The notes: a model not told the origin generated them from the letters alone. Shown: positions 56,194 through 64,000, counted from the first letter of the stretch. The stretch is DNA of 64,000 bases from a virus (IMGVR_UViG_3300032093_000005); one strand, 5' to 3'. Translations and numbers: made by a program.

Positions 56194-56379
56194 ATGTCTA
56201 AAATCACAAAAAGACCACAAAATATGTGTTATTCCTGTTGGTATACATGGTATCCAAGAGGTAAGAACATTTCGAATGTTTGTCCTAATTGCGGAAGTCG
56301 TAATACAGGAATTGATCTCAGTGGGTTAATACTCTTTGTGATTATACTGATTATGATCTTGATCTTTGCGACGATCTAA
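56194..56379 (+). CDS. Zn-ribbon protein with C-terminal transmembrane helix
   Basis: CYSC...CPNCG plus hydrophobic LILFVIILIMILIFATI; the only credible plus-strand ORF in the window. Confidence 0.6.
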   Translation: MSKITKRPQNMCYSCWYTWYPRGKNISNVCPNCGSRNTGIDLSGLILFVIILIMILIFATI

Positions 56380-56568
56380 TTCATTTTGAAGTTGTTGCAC
56401 ATAGTCTTGAGTGTTTGGAAAGAACATACAATCTGCAATCTCACACCATAGATCTTCTGATGGAATATCTGCAAGTTCTTCATCAGACCAGTAACAAGGA
56501 GGAAAAATCATTTCAACCTCCACCATAAACATAAGACACAACACCAGCAGGATGATTGACATTCTCAA
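56326..56568 (-). CDS. hypothetical protein (start probably near MIFPP)
   Basis: Acidic ORF; 3' end overlaps the convergent plus-strand ORF. Confidence 0.55.
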   Translation of the reverse strand: MRMSIILLVLCLMFMVEVEMIFPPCYWSDEELADIPSEDLWCEIADCMFFPNTQDYVQQLQNELDRRKDQDHNQYNHKEY

Positions 56569-56776
56569 TCACCTTGATTTCTGCAGTATTGAAATCTTTT
56601 TGCAGTTCTTCATTTCGCATTTTTGAATAATCAGAACCACCATCGCTACTAAAGTGTTCCATAAAGATCTGTTCACAATGAGGCATCGATTCCGCTGCGA
56701 TTACACACATTCCAGAAGTGTAATCATAAAGAACATCATTGATAATGTAGAGATTCATGATCGAGTGAGGAAACAA
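56513..56776 (-). CDS. hypothetical protein (probable start MNLYII)
   Basis: L.DYTSGMCVIAAES, YVYGGG C-terminus. Confidence 0.75.
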   Translation of the reverse strand: MFPHSIMNLYIINDVLYDYTSGMCVIAAESMPHCEQIFMEHFSSDGGSDYSKMRNEELQKDFNTAEIKVIENVNHPAGVVSYVYGGG

Positions 56777-56939
56777 GTGAAGTGAGTGAATTTAGAACTT
56801 TAAGAGTAAACCGTTCAACAATGGGTTCATCATTCTCAGTATACAATTGATGACACCAATCGTCAAACAGATACTCATTCAGATAAGAGAGATCATCAAG
56901 TTGCTGTTCAATACAGCGAATCAGTTGGTCTTGATTCAT
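56736..56939 (-). CDS. hypothetical protein
   Basis: 67 aa acidic ORF in array. Confidence 0.65.
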   Translation of the reverse strand: MNQDQLIRCIEQQLDDLSYLNEYLFDDWCHQLYTENDEPIVERFTLKVLNSLTSLVSSLDHESLHYQ

Positions 56940-56942
56940 GAT

Positions 56943-57098
56943 TCAGTTCCAGTTGTAGTAAGTTTGATCAGGATAAAGACCCATTTCTTCACAGCGGCAT
57001 TCGTAGGCGATTCGCTTGAGCATTTCAAGATCCATATCCTCAATGGATTTCAGAATGGAACGACGGATCTGAGCGTCTTGAGCAGTGTCGGTAATCAT
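56943..57098 (-). CDS. hypothetical early protein (51 aa)
   Basis: Hand translation MITDTAQDAQIRRSILKSIE...; preceded by TATAAT (57124-57129) and box at 57160. Confidence 0.7.
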   Translation of the reverse strand: MITDTAQDAQIRRSILKSIEDMDLEMLKRIAYECRCEEMGLYPDQTYYNWN

Positions 57099-57177
57099 GA
57101 GAGGTGGATTGGATTACCCCTGTATTATAAGGGTGCTACAGGCGATTCTGATGGGGCGTGTGACAGTTCTTCAAGTG

Positions 57178-57828
57178 TCAGTCTGCCAGTCCAACTCCTG
57201 CAATTCCAAATCTTCCACCTGCTCCAGGAGTGTATGATGTTGAGTTGGTTCTAGAGTTTGTATTTGAAAGAGATCCTGACATGCGAGTTTGTGTTCTTCT
57301 TTCTTTACCTTTTGCTCGAATTGTTGGTTGAGGATTGGTTACAATAGACTTATTTGCAACATCCTTATCCATCATCACATAAGATCCTTGTGCCTGTCCT
57401 GGTCTTGGAGTAAATCCTCCATGTGCATTTGGAACTCTAACTACTTTAGCACCTTGTTTGAATGCTGCTTTTGCCTGATCAACAGAACTGGTTGGTTTAC
57501 CTTTCTTATCAGCAATATCTTCATCAGATGCTGATGCCATCCAACGTTTGATGTTTTTACCAAAATCTCTTGGTGAATCTGTGTTTGTCATTCTTGGATT
57601 GACAACTCTTAGATTCACTCTTGATCCACCATAATCAGAACCAACTCTGGATGATGGAGTAGTATAAACAACTCCTTTTCGTTCATCAGGATGATAGGTT
57701 CCAGTGGATGGTGAGTCCTGGAATCCAGTTTTGAGGATATTTTCCTTATTTGAAGCAGAAGTATAATGTGCTGTGCGAAGAACTCTCATTCTTCTTGCTT
57801 CTGCAATAAATTCAGAAAATGTCTTCAT
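57178..57828 (-). CDS. ADP-ribosyltransferase-fold-like protein with capsid targeting leader
   Basis: MKTFSEFIAE leader; AHYTS.SN.ENILKTGF and GVVYTT.S..VG..YG ART-like motifs; ATAAATA late promoter 57844-57850. Confidence 0.55.
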   Translation of the reverse strand: MKTFSEFIAEARRMRVLRTAHYTSASNKENILKTGFQDSPSTGTYHPDERKGVVYTTPSSRVGSDYGGSRVNLRVVNPRMTNTDSPRDFGKNIKRWMASASDEDIADKKGKPTSSVDQAKAAFKQGAKVVRVPNAHGGFTPRPGQAQGSYVMMDKDVANKSIVTNPQPTIRAKGKERRTQTRMSGSLSNTNSRTNSTSYTPGAGGRFGIAGVGLAD

Positions 57829-57846
57829 GACTCTTTTAAAAATTAT

Positions 57847-58140
57847 TTATCTTCCAGGACGATCTTGATTCAGCATATAAGTCAGTTTTGCTAGATCTGG
57901 ATCTGCTCTCTTTTCTGCTGGTGTTCTGCGTCGTTGTTGACGTTCAGTTTGATACTGTTTTAGTTTGTTAATATCTTCCTTAACTGCTTTTGCTAACTTA
58001 ACTGGTGGTTTCTTTAATGGTTCCAGATACCTTTCCTTCCAACCTGGTGGTGGTGTTGATGGTTCAGGTTGTGGTGCTGGTTTATAAGGTTGATACGGAG
58101 ATCCACCGCTTTCGGACATGAACTGTGAAAATGTCTTCAT
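57847..58140 (-). CDS. probable internal head protein
   Basis: MKTFSQFMSE leader; Pro-rich then basic. Confidence 0.6.
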   Translation of the reverse strand: MKTFSQFMSESGGSPYQPYKPAPQPEPSTPPPGWKERYLEPLKKPPVKLAKAVKEDINKLKQYQTERQQRRRTPAEKRADPDLAKLTYMLNQDRPGR

Positions 58141-58144
58141 GATT

Positions 58145-58351
58145 CTACAGTGGTGAGAGCATCGTGTTGATTCTCATTCTTTGAATGAATTGTCTCACAC
58201 GATCTGGATCTTTTGTTGGTTTTGGTGCTTGAGTTGGTTGTCTCATGGCACTTCTGAGATTTCTTTGAACTTCTGGATCTTTGAGTGAGATCACCTGTGC
58301 TGGTTTAATTGGATCACCCACTGCTTCCAGAAATTGTGCAAAGGTTTTCAT
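58145..58351 (-). CDS. probable internal head protein
   Basis: MKTFAQFLE leader; CTAAATA late promoter ~58362-58368. Confidence 0.6.
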   Translation of the reverse strand: MKTFAQFLEAVGDPIKPAQVISLKDPEVQRNLRSAMRQPTQAPKPTKDPDRVRQFIQRMRINTMLSPL

Positions 58352-58360
58352 GTTTTATTT

Positions 58361-59254
58361 TTATTTAGACCATGCCTTTTGCATCGTGAAGTTCGCATGA
58401 CTGAAGAACTCTCTGTTGACCAGTTTATAAGTGCCATACTCATTGGACATTACATAACCTTCGGCATCAATCCGATCATATCCAATATAAGCAGCAGGGC
58501 CATCATTGCGACACAGGAACAGACAATCTTCCTTGATGGATTTGACCAACTTCCACAGGCGAATCAGATTGGCATCACAATCAAATGCATCATCCTCAAT
58601 CTTACGCTGTTCCCGAATACACGCATTGATCGCTTTCTTCAATTCAGTCAGTTGTTTACCAGACACAAAGGTGCAAGTAGTAGACATTTGACGGGCAAAG
58701 TCACAGATTTCTTCCACATCAGCAAAAGAGATCTGATTGTGTTGAATATATGCTTTGGGTTTCACAAACAACACTTCATCAGTGCTGTTCAGATTAACTG
58801 TAAGTGGAATTGCCCAACTGTCACGCAGATCATCATTTGCCTCATAACGAGTATGAGGAGCAAGAATCACCTTGTGTGTGATGACATCAGGAAACTGATA
58901 AGTGATGGTATTAGGAGTGTATTCAGTGTCTCCACCAAAACCAATGAAATCACCTTGAATAATATCTTCGGTACGTGGCAGAACATCAAAACACTCATGC
59001 AAAATGTTTGCCACATTGCCTTCATAGAATTGATCAATCTCTTCATGAGAATGTGCAATGCGAATCTTTACCTTGTTGAAAACCGCTTTGGTGCCAACAA
59101 AGAATTGACCATTAGCAGGATTGGTTCCCCATACAATCGCAGGAGCACCATCAATCTTCAGAGACAATGTGCCTGCAGCAGTGAACCAATCCAGCACATT
59201 CAGATCACCATTCAGAATGGTGTCTTCAGGATGCTCAATGTGAAGGTTTTGCAT
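58361..59254 (-). CDS. nucleotide-ligase-fold protein (DUF6267-like, RNA ligase-like)
   Basis: H.EHPED, LKIDGAPA (KxDG), QGDF, EGYV, YKLV motifs; early promoter with box upstream (59280-59338). Confidence 0.6.
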   Translation of the reverse strand: MQNLHIEHPEDTILNGDLNVLDWFTAAGTLSLKIDGAPAIVWGTNPANGQFFVGTKAVFNKVKIRIAHSHEEIDQFYEGNVANILHECFDVLPRTEDIIQGDFIGFGGDTEYTPNTITYQFPDVITHKVILAPHTRYEANDDLRDSWAIPLTVNLNSTDEVLFVKPKAYIQHNQISFADVEEICDFARQMSTTCTFVSGKQLTELKKAINACIREQRKIEDDAFDCDANLIRLWKLVKSIKEDCLFLCRNDGPAAYIGYDRIDAEGYVMSNEYGTYKLVNREFFSHANFTMQKAWSK

Positions 59255-59334
59255 GAGTTGGTTTGTTTGGTATGCAATCAGTATAAGGGCAGAGTGTGAG
59301 CAGAGTCAGGGCAGAGTGGACAGTTGTTCGACTG

Positions 59335-59661
59335 TCACACCCCCAGCAGTTCTCTTTGCTCTGGTGTGAGAGATTCAATCAGTTCTTTACGCTTTTGTGC
59401 CTTGATTTCTTTCTCTTGTTGTTTCGTAATCATTTCATCCAGAATGTTATCCATTGTGTAGAAATCATAATCCCCAGTATCCCAACTGGATTCACCTTCG
59501 TTGTCAATGAAAATGGATTGTTTATAGTTATTGCCATCATCGTGCCAATCACAATACAGAGTGATTTTATAACCTTCATCAGTTTGACGAAAGGTTGCTC
59601 CACAAGGAGAAACTCTTTGTGCTTTGGTGAGAAAATTAAGAAGTTCAGTTGCAGTAATCAT
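59335..59661 (-). CDS. hypothetical protein
   Basis: 108 aa ORF, C-terminal LT.EQRELLGV. Confidence 0.75.
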   Translation of the reverse strand: MITATELLNFLTKAQRVSPCGATFRQTDEGYKITLYCDWHDDGNNYKQSIFIDNEGESSWDTGDYDFYTMDNILDEMITKQQEKEIKAQKRKELIESLTPEQRELLGV

Positions 59662-59662
59662 T

Positions 59663-59836
59663 TCAGTTGCACTCAGAGTGAAGAATGTCTAGCATTTGTT
59701 GATGATAGTTGTCAGCATCACGAATCACATTTGCTGCCTCTGATACATCTTCAATTTCGTATTGTGTCATCTCCAGAGAGTGAATCACATTGGAGAGAAG
59801 TTCAGTCAGAGCATCAATCTTTTGTGCGTCGGTCAT
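59663..59836 (-). CDS. hypothetical protein (57 aa)
   Basis: Hand translation MTDAQKIDALTELLSNVIHSLEMTQYE... Confidence 0.7.
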   Translation of the reverse strand: MTDAQKIDALTELLSNVIHSLEMTQYEIEDVSEAANVIRDADNYHQQMLDILHSECN

Positions 59837-60050
59837 TGCCATTCCACTTCAAAGTTTTGGGGTTCAGATACTTGCGACCATAATAACTTGCGTTCTGATA
59901 AGGTTCATAGAACAGACCTGCAAAGGCATAAACTTGATACACAAAGAACCAATGAATACCCTTCCAAATCGAATCAATTGCAAGTAAAACAAGAGTAATG
60001 CCCACATAGACAATGATCTTTGTTCTGTGAAGAATTATATTGCGGGTCAT
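59814..60050 (-). CDS. hypothetical membrane protein
   Basis: Hydrophobic N-terminal segment. Confidence 0.55.
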   Translation of the reverse strand: MTRNIILHRTKIIVYVGITLVLLAIDSIWKGIHWFFVYQVYAFAGLFYEPYQNASYYGRKYLNPKTLKWNGNDRRTKD

Positions 60051-60265
60051 TTGATTGTTCTCAGTTGGTTGAGTTGGTAAGCAATTCTACATGCTTCAAG
60101 TGTACTCTCACACTCACTGCAACAATATGAAAGTCCGAATGGAAGATTACGATAGATTCGATTCTCTTCCACCCGATAAGATCCTGATGCTTTGATTAGA
60201 TTGTTCAACAAAAATCTAGTCATTGTTGTAAGGAGGATTATCAAAACGATGCATCCAAAGAGCAT
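60047..60265 (-). CDS. hypothetical protein
   Basis: 72 aa ORF, ATGA coupling to next gene. Confidence 0.55.
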   Translation of the reverse strand: MLFGCIVLIILLTTMTRFLLNNLIKASGSYRVEENRIYRNLPFGLSYCCSECESTLEACRIAYQLNQLRTIK

Positions 60266-60509
60266 GAGACCGCTCTCGCAATTCCAGAATCATATTATAC
60301 TTCTGTTTGACTGGAGAATCATCAGGCAAATCATAGATTTCACTGTAACCAGTAAAATCATAGGCATCAAGAGCATGATTTAGAATATTATTGATTACAT
60401 CATGCTCTTCAAATGAAAATTGCATTGTGACTGGTTTTTGATCACAATAGTTGGTTTCATTGAGTTCAATCATTGGAACGTCCAAGAGAATCCTCCTTGT
60501 GGAATACAT
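60216..60509 (-). CDS. hypothetical early protein
   Basis: Preceded by TATAAT (60512-60517) and box GTGCCA-N10-TGTCTA at 60548. Confidence 0.7.
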   Translation of the reverse strand: MYSTRRILLDVPMIELNETNYCDQKPVTMQFSFEEHDVINNILNHALDAYDFTGYSEIYDLPDDSPVKQKYNMILELRERSHALWMHRFDNPPYNND

Positions 60510-60709
60510 GTATTATACAGCAGATTATCCTGCTTTAGATTGGCAGTGTGCCAGTGTTTAAACTGTCTACCGATTTGACACAAATGCCAGAATGACACCA
60601 AAAATAAGACCAGTAGCGAACAGTTTCATTTCAGAAGATCGGAACAATTTCAACATTAGTGAATCCTTCTTGAATGACATGTTTTTCCCAAAATGATGCA
60701 TCCTCAATT

Positions 60710-61000
60710 TTATAGAATGTTGCAACTTGTTTGGATTGTTTGTTCTTTTTGTTTTTCAGGTAAATCACTTGGTACTTCATAAAAATGTAAATGAATGGTT
60801 TCTCCGTCGTTCCAGTGTCTTAAGACTCCTGCAACAATGAAAATATTAGTAAGAAGATAAGTGAGGAATATAACAGTCCGTATACTAGCAATGTAATCTG
60901 ATTCGTTGTCATTTTTAGACGCTTTCTCCCCCAATGCTTTTGCCCACCAACGCCACAACGTTTTTCTCTTCTTCGTATACTGATTTTCTAGTTGTGACAT
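60710..61000 (-). CDS. membrane protein
   Basis: WRWWAKALGEKA...D.IA.IRT.IF..Y..TN.FIVAGV.RHW. Confidence 0.75.
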   Translation of the reverse strand: MSQLENQYTKKRKTLWRWWAKALGEKASKNDNESDYIASIRTVIFLTYLLTNIFIVAGVLRHWNDGETIHLHFYEVPSDLPEKQKEQTIQTSCNIL

Positions 61001-61211
61001 ACTTTAATTCATTCCATTGATTATGGTAACATAAAACTAACAATCTGTCATTACGATGAAGACGACAGGCATTGTAATTTTGCAAATCCTTTGGTTGAAC
61101 AGATGCTTCAATTGTAATATATTCATCACTCTTAAAGTATACCCATCCCTCAACACCTTTTGTCCATGTTACATAATCATTGACTTCAGGGATATAATTC
61201 ATACAAAACAT
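60915..61211 (-). CDS. hypothetical protein
   Basis: Y.PEVNDYV.W, EGWVYFK..EYITIE. Confidence 0.75.
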   Translation of the reverse strand: MFCMNYIPEVNDYVTWTKGVEGWVYFKSDEYITIEASVQPKDLQNYNACRLHRNDRLLVLCYHNQWNELKYVTTRKSVYEEEKNVVALVGKSIGGESV

Positions 61212-61486
61212 GACTCCAATGCGGTTAGTTTTGGCACCATTGCACTATAAGGTGTTGTATTTCTTATGTCCACCGATTGTCCAACACTTTTGGAGTTGAT
61301 GGGGGAATGATAGGTTCTAGTTTTGGTGTTGTAGAATCCCCAGATACAACAAACGGGATCACCACCATTGTAAATAAACCTACGCTGATAATGAATCCAA
61401 ATTGCAACAACATTCTGTTTAAAGTCTGTCTGCTCATAATAGTAACCTTTAGGTGCTTTATGTGGAAAATCAGTAATCATCTCCAT
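61199..61486 (-). CDS. hypothetical protein
   Basis: FPH.AP.GY.YE, IWGFY, TTPYSAM. Confidence 0.75.
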   Translation of the reverse strand: MEMITDFPHKAPKGYYYEQTDFKQNVVAIWIHYQRRFIYNGGDPVCCIWGFYNTKTRTYHSPINSKSVGQSVDIRNTTPYSAMVPKLTALESCFV

Positions 61487-61769
61487 ATTCTAATCCAGAT
61501 TCAGCATTCATCATTTCAACAGTCGTTTGGAATTTTTTTGCGATGGTAAGATCATGAGTCTTTCCAATGTCGTAGATTGCTTCAACATCGTAGGTTGGTG
61601 CAGTAATCCAACTAAATCCCTTGCCAAAAGTATTATCAGGGTTGACCACATACCAATGGCAAGCAGTGTCAGGGACGAATACAGAACATTTTTTCCAGTC
61701 ATTGTCCCATTGTGGCACTTGTACAAATGATAATGCAGCAAACAGAAAACCAAAAAGACTCAGAAACAT
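61470..61769 (-). CDS. putative exported/membrane-anchored protein
   Basis: Signal-like N-terminus, two Cys, ACHWYVVNPDNTFG. Confidence 0.7.
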   Translation of the reverse strand: MFLSLFGFLFAALSFVQVPQWDNDWKKCSVFVPDTACHWYVVNPDNTFGKGFSWITAPTYDVEAIYDIGKTHDLTIAKKFQTTVEMMNAESGLEYGDDY

Positions 61770-61930
61770 CAGTTGTCAATAACAGCACGAAGATTATTGG
61801 GGTTATGTCCCAAAGAAAGATAATTATTCAACATAAGATCACACTGTTCTTTTGTTAGTTTTTGTGCCTCATCATCAATCAAGGTCCATCCAGTGGTATA
61901 CAATTCTTCAATACGATAGAGTTTTGTCAT
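61769..61930 (-). CDS. hypothetical protein (53 aa)
   Basis: Hand translation MTKLYRIEELYTTGW...LRAVIDN. Confidence 0.7.
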   Translation of the reverse strand: MTKLYRIEELYTTGWTLIDDEAQKLTKEQCDLMLNNYLSLGHNPNNLRAVIDN

Positions 61931-62157
61931 GTGGTAAATGCCTCCAGAATACCCGATTCATACTCATCAACAAGTGCAAACTTCTGAGAATTGACAACAC
62001 GTTCCATAATACGATCTGTGTAACGATCATCAAATGATTGTTCTTTTGAGAGAATCTCAAATGCTTCAGTGTCGTTACTTGCAATTAAATTGATTAGACC
62101 ACCATATTCACTAGAAGGAAATGGCACCCAGTAATCAATAATGTAAAGATACTTCAT
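61927..62157 (-). CDS. hypothetical protein
   Basis: YIIDYWVPFPSSEYGG motif; strong promoter upstream. Confidence 0.75.
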   Translation of the reverse strand: MKYLYIIDYWVPFPSSEYGGLINLIASNDTEAFEILSKEQSFDDRYTDRIMERVVNSQKFALVDEYESGILEAFTT

Positions 62158-62180
62158 CGGTTTTTGTAAATTACTTTTTT

Positions 62181-62209
62181 ATTTTAGAGGAATGATTCAA
62201 ATTTGTCAA
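62181..62209 (-). promoter_or_regulatory. sigma70-type promoter
   Basis: TTGACA-17-TAAAAT. Confidence 0.85.
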
Positions 62210-62337
62210 CTGACGTTGAAGTTCAATTTGAATTGACATTAGATGAGAATATAGAAATTGTTGATACTCATTATCCTTTATCAATGATGTCAGATTATCA
62301 ATTTGCATTAATGCGAGAATGAGTTTTGTTTGTTGAT

Positions 62338-62520
62338 TCATATAAATTCTGCCATATAATAATCAACAGTTACTTCTAACTCGCTTGCTTTTTGTTCATA
62401 AAACAATTCAGTATACTTTTCTGCTTCTTGCCATTTCTGATGTGAATCAATTTCGGTTTCAGAATGTTTCATGAAATCTTCAAAAGCAGACATAAATTGC
62501 TGAATATCTTTTTCGTTCAT
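62338..62520 (-). CDS. hypothetical protein
   Basis: 60 aa; E..A.ELEVTVDYYMAEF C-terminus. Confidence 0.75.
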   Translation of the reverse strand: MNEKDIQQFMSAFEDFMKHSETEIDSHQKWQEAEKYTELFYEQKASELEVTVDYYMAEFI

Positions 62521-62768
62521 CAGCAGGCACCGTTCATAGGATTGACATTTTTAACTTCAGTGTTGAACCCAGTCACTTCCCAACCCAATCCAATGCGTTC
62601 ATCCATCTCACGTTGAAAGTCACGCATCGTGATACACTTGTAAGACATAGCATCAACACCACGAAACTTGAGCACTTTGAACATGTGACGAGTGCTATCT
62701 TTGACAGGAAAGTAATCCACAGTCATGGAGGGTTCACCGTCAATCTTGGAGAAGGTAGACAGTTGCAT
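62520..62768 (-). CDS. hypothetical protein
   Basis: 82 aa coupled ORF. Confidence 0.7.
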   Translation of the reverse strand: MQLSTFSKIDGEPSMTVDYFPVKDSTRHMFKVLKFRGVDAMSYKCITMRDFQREMDERIGLGWEVTGFNTEVKNVNPMNGAC

Positions 62769-62801
62769 CAGAGTCTCTCTCGATTACCTCTGTATTATAG
62801 G

Positions 62802-63005
62802 TCAGAAAGAGGGCACCACATCGTTGCGTAGACCAGTTTGCGAACTGTCCATTTGTTCAAAAACTGAATAGAGTTTGTTATACAGTGCTGGAACACTTCC
62901 GTATTCCCGTGCAATCTGATGTTCCTCACGCAAAGTTAGAGTCTGTAGTGCAGATAGAATTACACCGATTTCATGCACATTCAGATTTACAATAGTTTCA
63001 GTCAT
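62802..63005 (-). CDS. hypothetical protein
   Basis: 67 aa ORF. Confidence 0.7.
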   Translation of the reverse strand: MTETIVNLNVHEIGVILSALQTLTLREEHQIAREYGSVPALYNKLYSVFEQMDSSQTGLRNDVVPSF

Positions 63006-63155
63006 TTAATTCTCCATCATTGAATTAATTTTGTCAATAATAATACTACATTCATCAGCATAATCTTCTTCTTCTAACATTCCTTCTTGCTCAACAGCGT
63101 CCAGAATGATCTCCCACTCACGTTCGGTAAAAAACTCTTTGATTGATTGTTTCAT
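63006..63155 (-). CDS. acidic hypothetical protein (49 aa)
   Basis: Hand translation MKQSIKEFFTEREWEIILDAVE...; TGATG coupling. Confidence 0.7.
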   Translation of the reverse strand: MKQSIKEFFTEREWEIILDAVEQEGMLEEEDYADECSIIIDKINSMMEN

Positions 63156-63520
63156 CAGTCCCAAGATACATTTTCAAGAAGAACTCCAGGCATTACATAA
63201 GTCCAACCAGTTCCACCAGGTTTGTAATCCCACTTGTATTCATATTTGTTGTGACTATCCCAAGTCATATATCCTTTTTCTTTATCAAATCGCCCCTTGA
63301 TCGTCAGAGCAAACTTATTAGAGAAAATATTGCGAGTGCGAAGCGCACCGCTCTTTTCCCGAGTTTCAATCACAACACAAGTATCCTCAAAGAACTCAGT
63401 ACCAGACTCAATTCCACAGGGAGTTTCATAGCGAAACGGACGATACGTTGAAGTTTGCTGCTGTTGTGCGAATACAGGAGACGCAAGAAGAAAAAAGGAA
63501 AGAAAAATAGATTTCATCAT
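63155..63520 (-). CDS. putative exported protein
   Basis: Signal peptide MKSIFLSFFLLASPVFA, two Cys, beta-rich. Confidence 0.75.
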   Translation of the reverse strand: MMKSIFLSFFLLASPVFAQQQQTSTYRPFRYETPCGIESGTEFFEDTCVVIETREKSGALRTRNIFSNKFALTIKGRFDKEKGYMTWDSHNKYEYKWDYKPGGTGWTYVMPGVLLENVSWD

Positions 63521-63556
63521 TTGTGAGTCTGCTTGTGTCGGATAATGACCTTCATA

Positions 63557-64000
63557 TTATACTGCCTGAGTCAAGCGGTTAGGAAAAAACTGTACCACTT
63601 CTGGAACTGGTACATTCAGTTCGTCAAACAAATACTCAAGATATAGGGTTTCTTCTTGTTCCCGTGCCTCAATTTCGTGTGGTTGATGCCAATACTCATA
63701 CTTCTCTACGGGTTCTTTAGAATAACACAATTTTCCATAACGAACCCGCAACGAACCATCTACCCACTGCCGCATATGCGTCAGTTCATGCAAAAGAGTT
63801 TTTATATACAATTCCTCATTCATGTAAGTATCAAGTTCAATTTGAAATTCACGAGGACGATACTGCTTATCTATTATATCACAATATCCATTGACACCTT
63901 CACGTTTCAAACCACGATGAATAATATCAATGACAATCTTATGGCGTGGAAAGAATTTATTCAGAAACCAAGCGGTAACATCCTCACAGACCCGTTTGCG
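63557..64000 (-). CDS. HExxH zinc metallopeptidase-like protein, 5' truncated by window edge
   Basis: TLLHELTHMRQW ... PHEIEA; frame appears to remain open past the track start toward 64000. Confidence 0.65.
   Translation of the reverse strand, partial: RKRVCEDVTAWFLNKFFPRHKIVIDIIHRGLKREGVNGYCDIIDKQYRPREFQIELDTYMNEELYIKTLLHELTHMRQWVDGSLRVRYGKLCYSKEPVEKYEYWHQPHEIEAREQEETLYLEYLFDELNVPVPEVVQFFPNRLTQAV

Noticed and set aside
58334-59299. 321-aa plus-strand ORF
   Set aside because: Shadow of the ligase-like gene; no start context or motifs
1-64000. tRNA, rRNA, introns, inteins, homing endonucleases, photosystem genes
   Set aside because: No T-loop or cloverleaf signature noticed; core genes look uninterrupted; no psbA/psbD/hli seen. 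A manual scan could miss one, so tRNAscan-SE and Infernal should be run

Overview
The window is a 64-kb segment of a T4-like cyanomyovirus (Kyanoviridae-type; cyanobacterial host inferred). Almost all genes are on the minus strand. Positions 1-47.8 kb hold the AT-rich late module: uvsW, uvsY, gp3, gp23, gp22, gp21, gp20, gp19, gp18, gp17, three inserted genes, gp16, gp15, gp14, gp13, a VrlC/DUF4815-type protein, gp8, a 4123-aa gp7, gp6 and gp25, then speD, an ATP-grasp-like gene and a glycosyltransferase-like gene. Many carry NTAAATA late promoters. Positions 48-64 kb are a more GC-rich early/accessory region of tiny ORFs. Their promoters share a palindromic GTGNCA-N10-TGNCAC box about 30 bp upstream of the -10. 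Most notable: (i) a plus-strand promoter / 22-nt tandem repeat / hairpin / small Zn-ribbon membrane ORF cassette; (ii) two homologous antisense-oriented putative small RNAs; (iii) an NblA-like ORF missed by the ORF track; (iv) an ADP-ribosyltransferase-like protein and three other proteins with T4 capsid-targeting leaders; (v) a modular basic 599-aa candidate polyprotein; (vi) a dockerin-like insert in gp7; (vii) clustered CTCGWCGAG palindromes. All assignments come from motif recognition and synteny by eye; no searches were run. No tRNA, rRNA or CRISPR array was seen.
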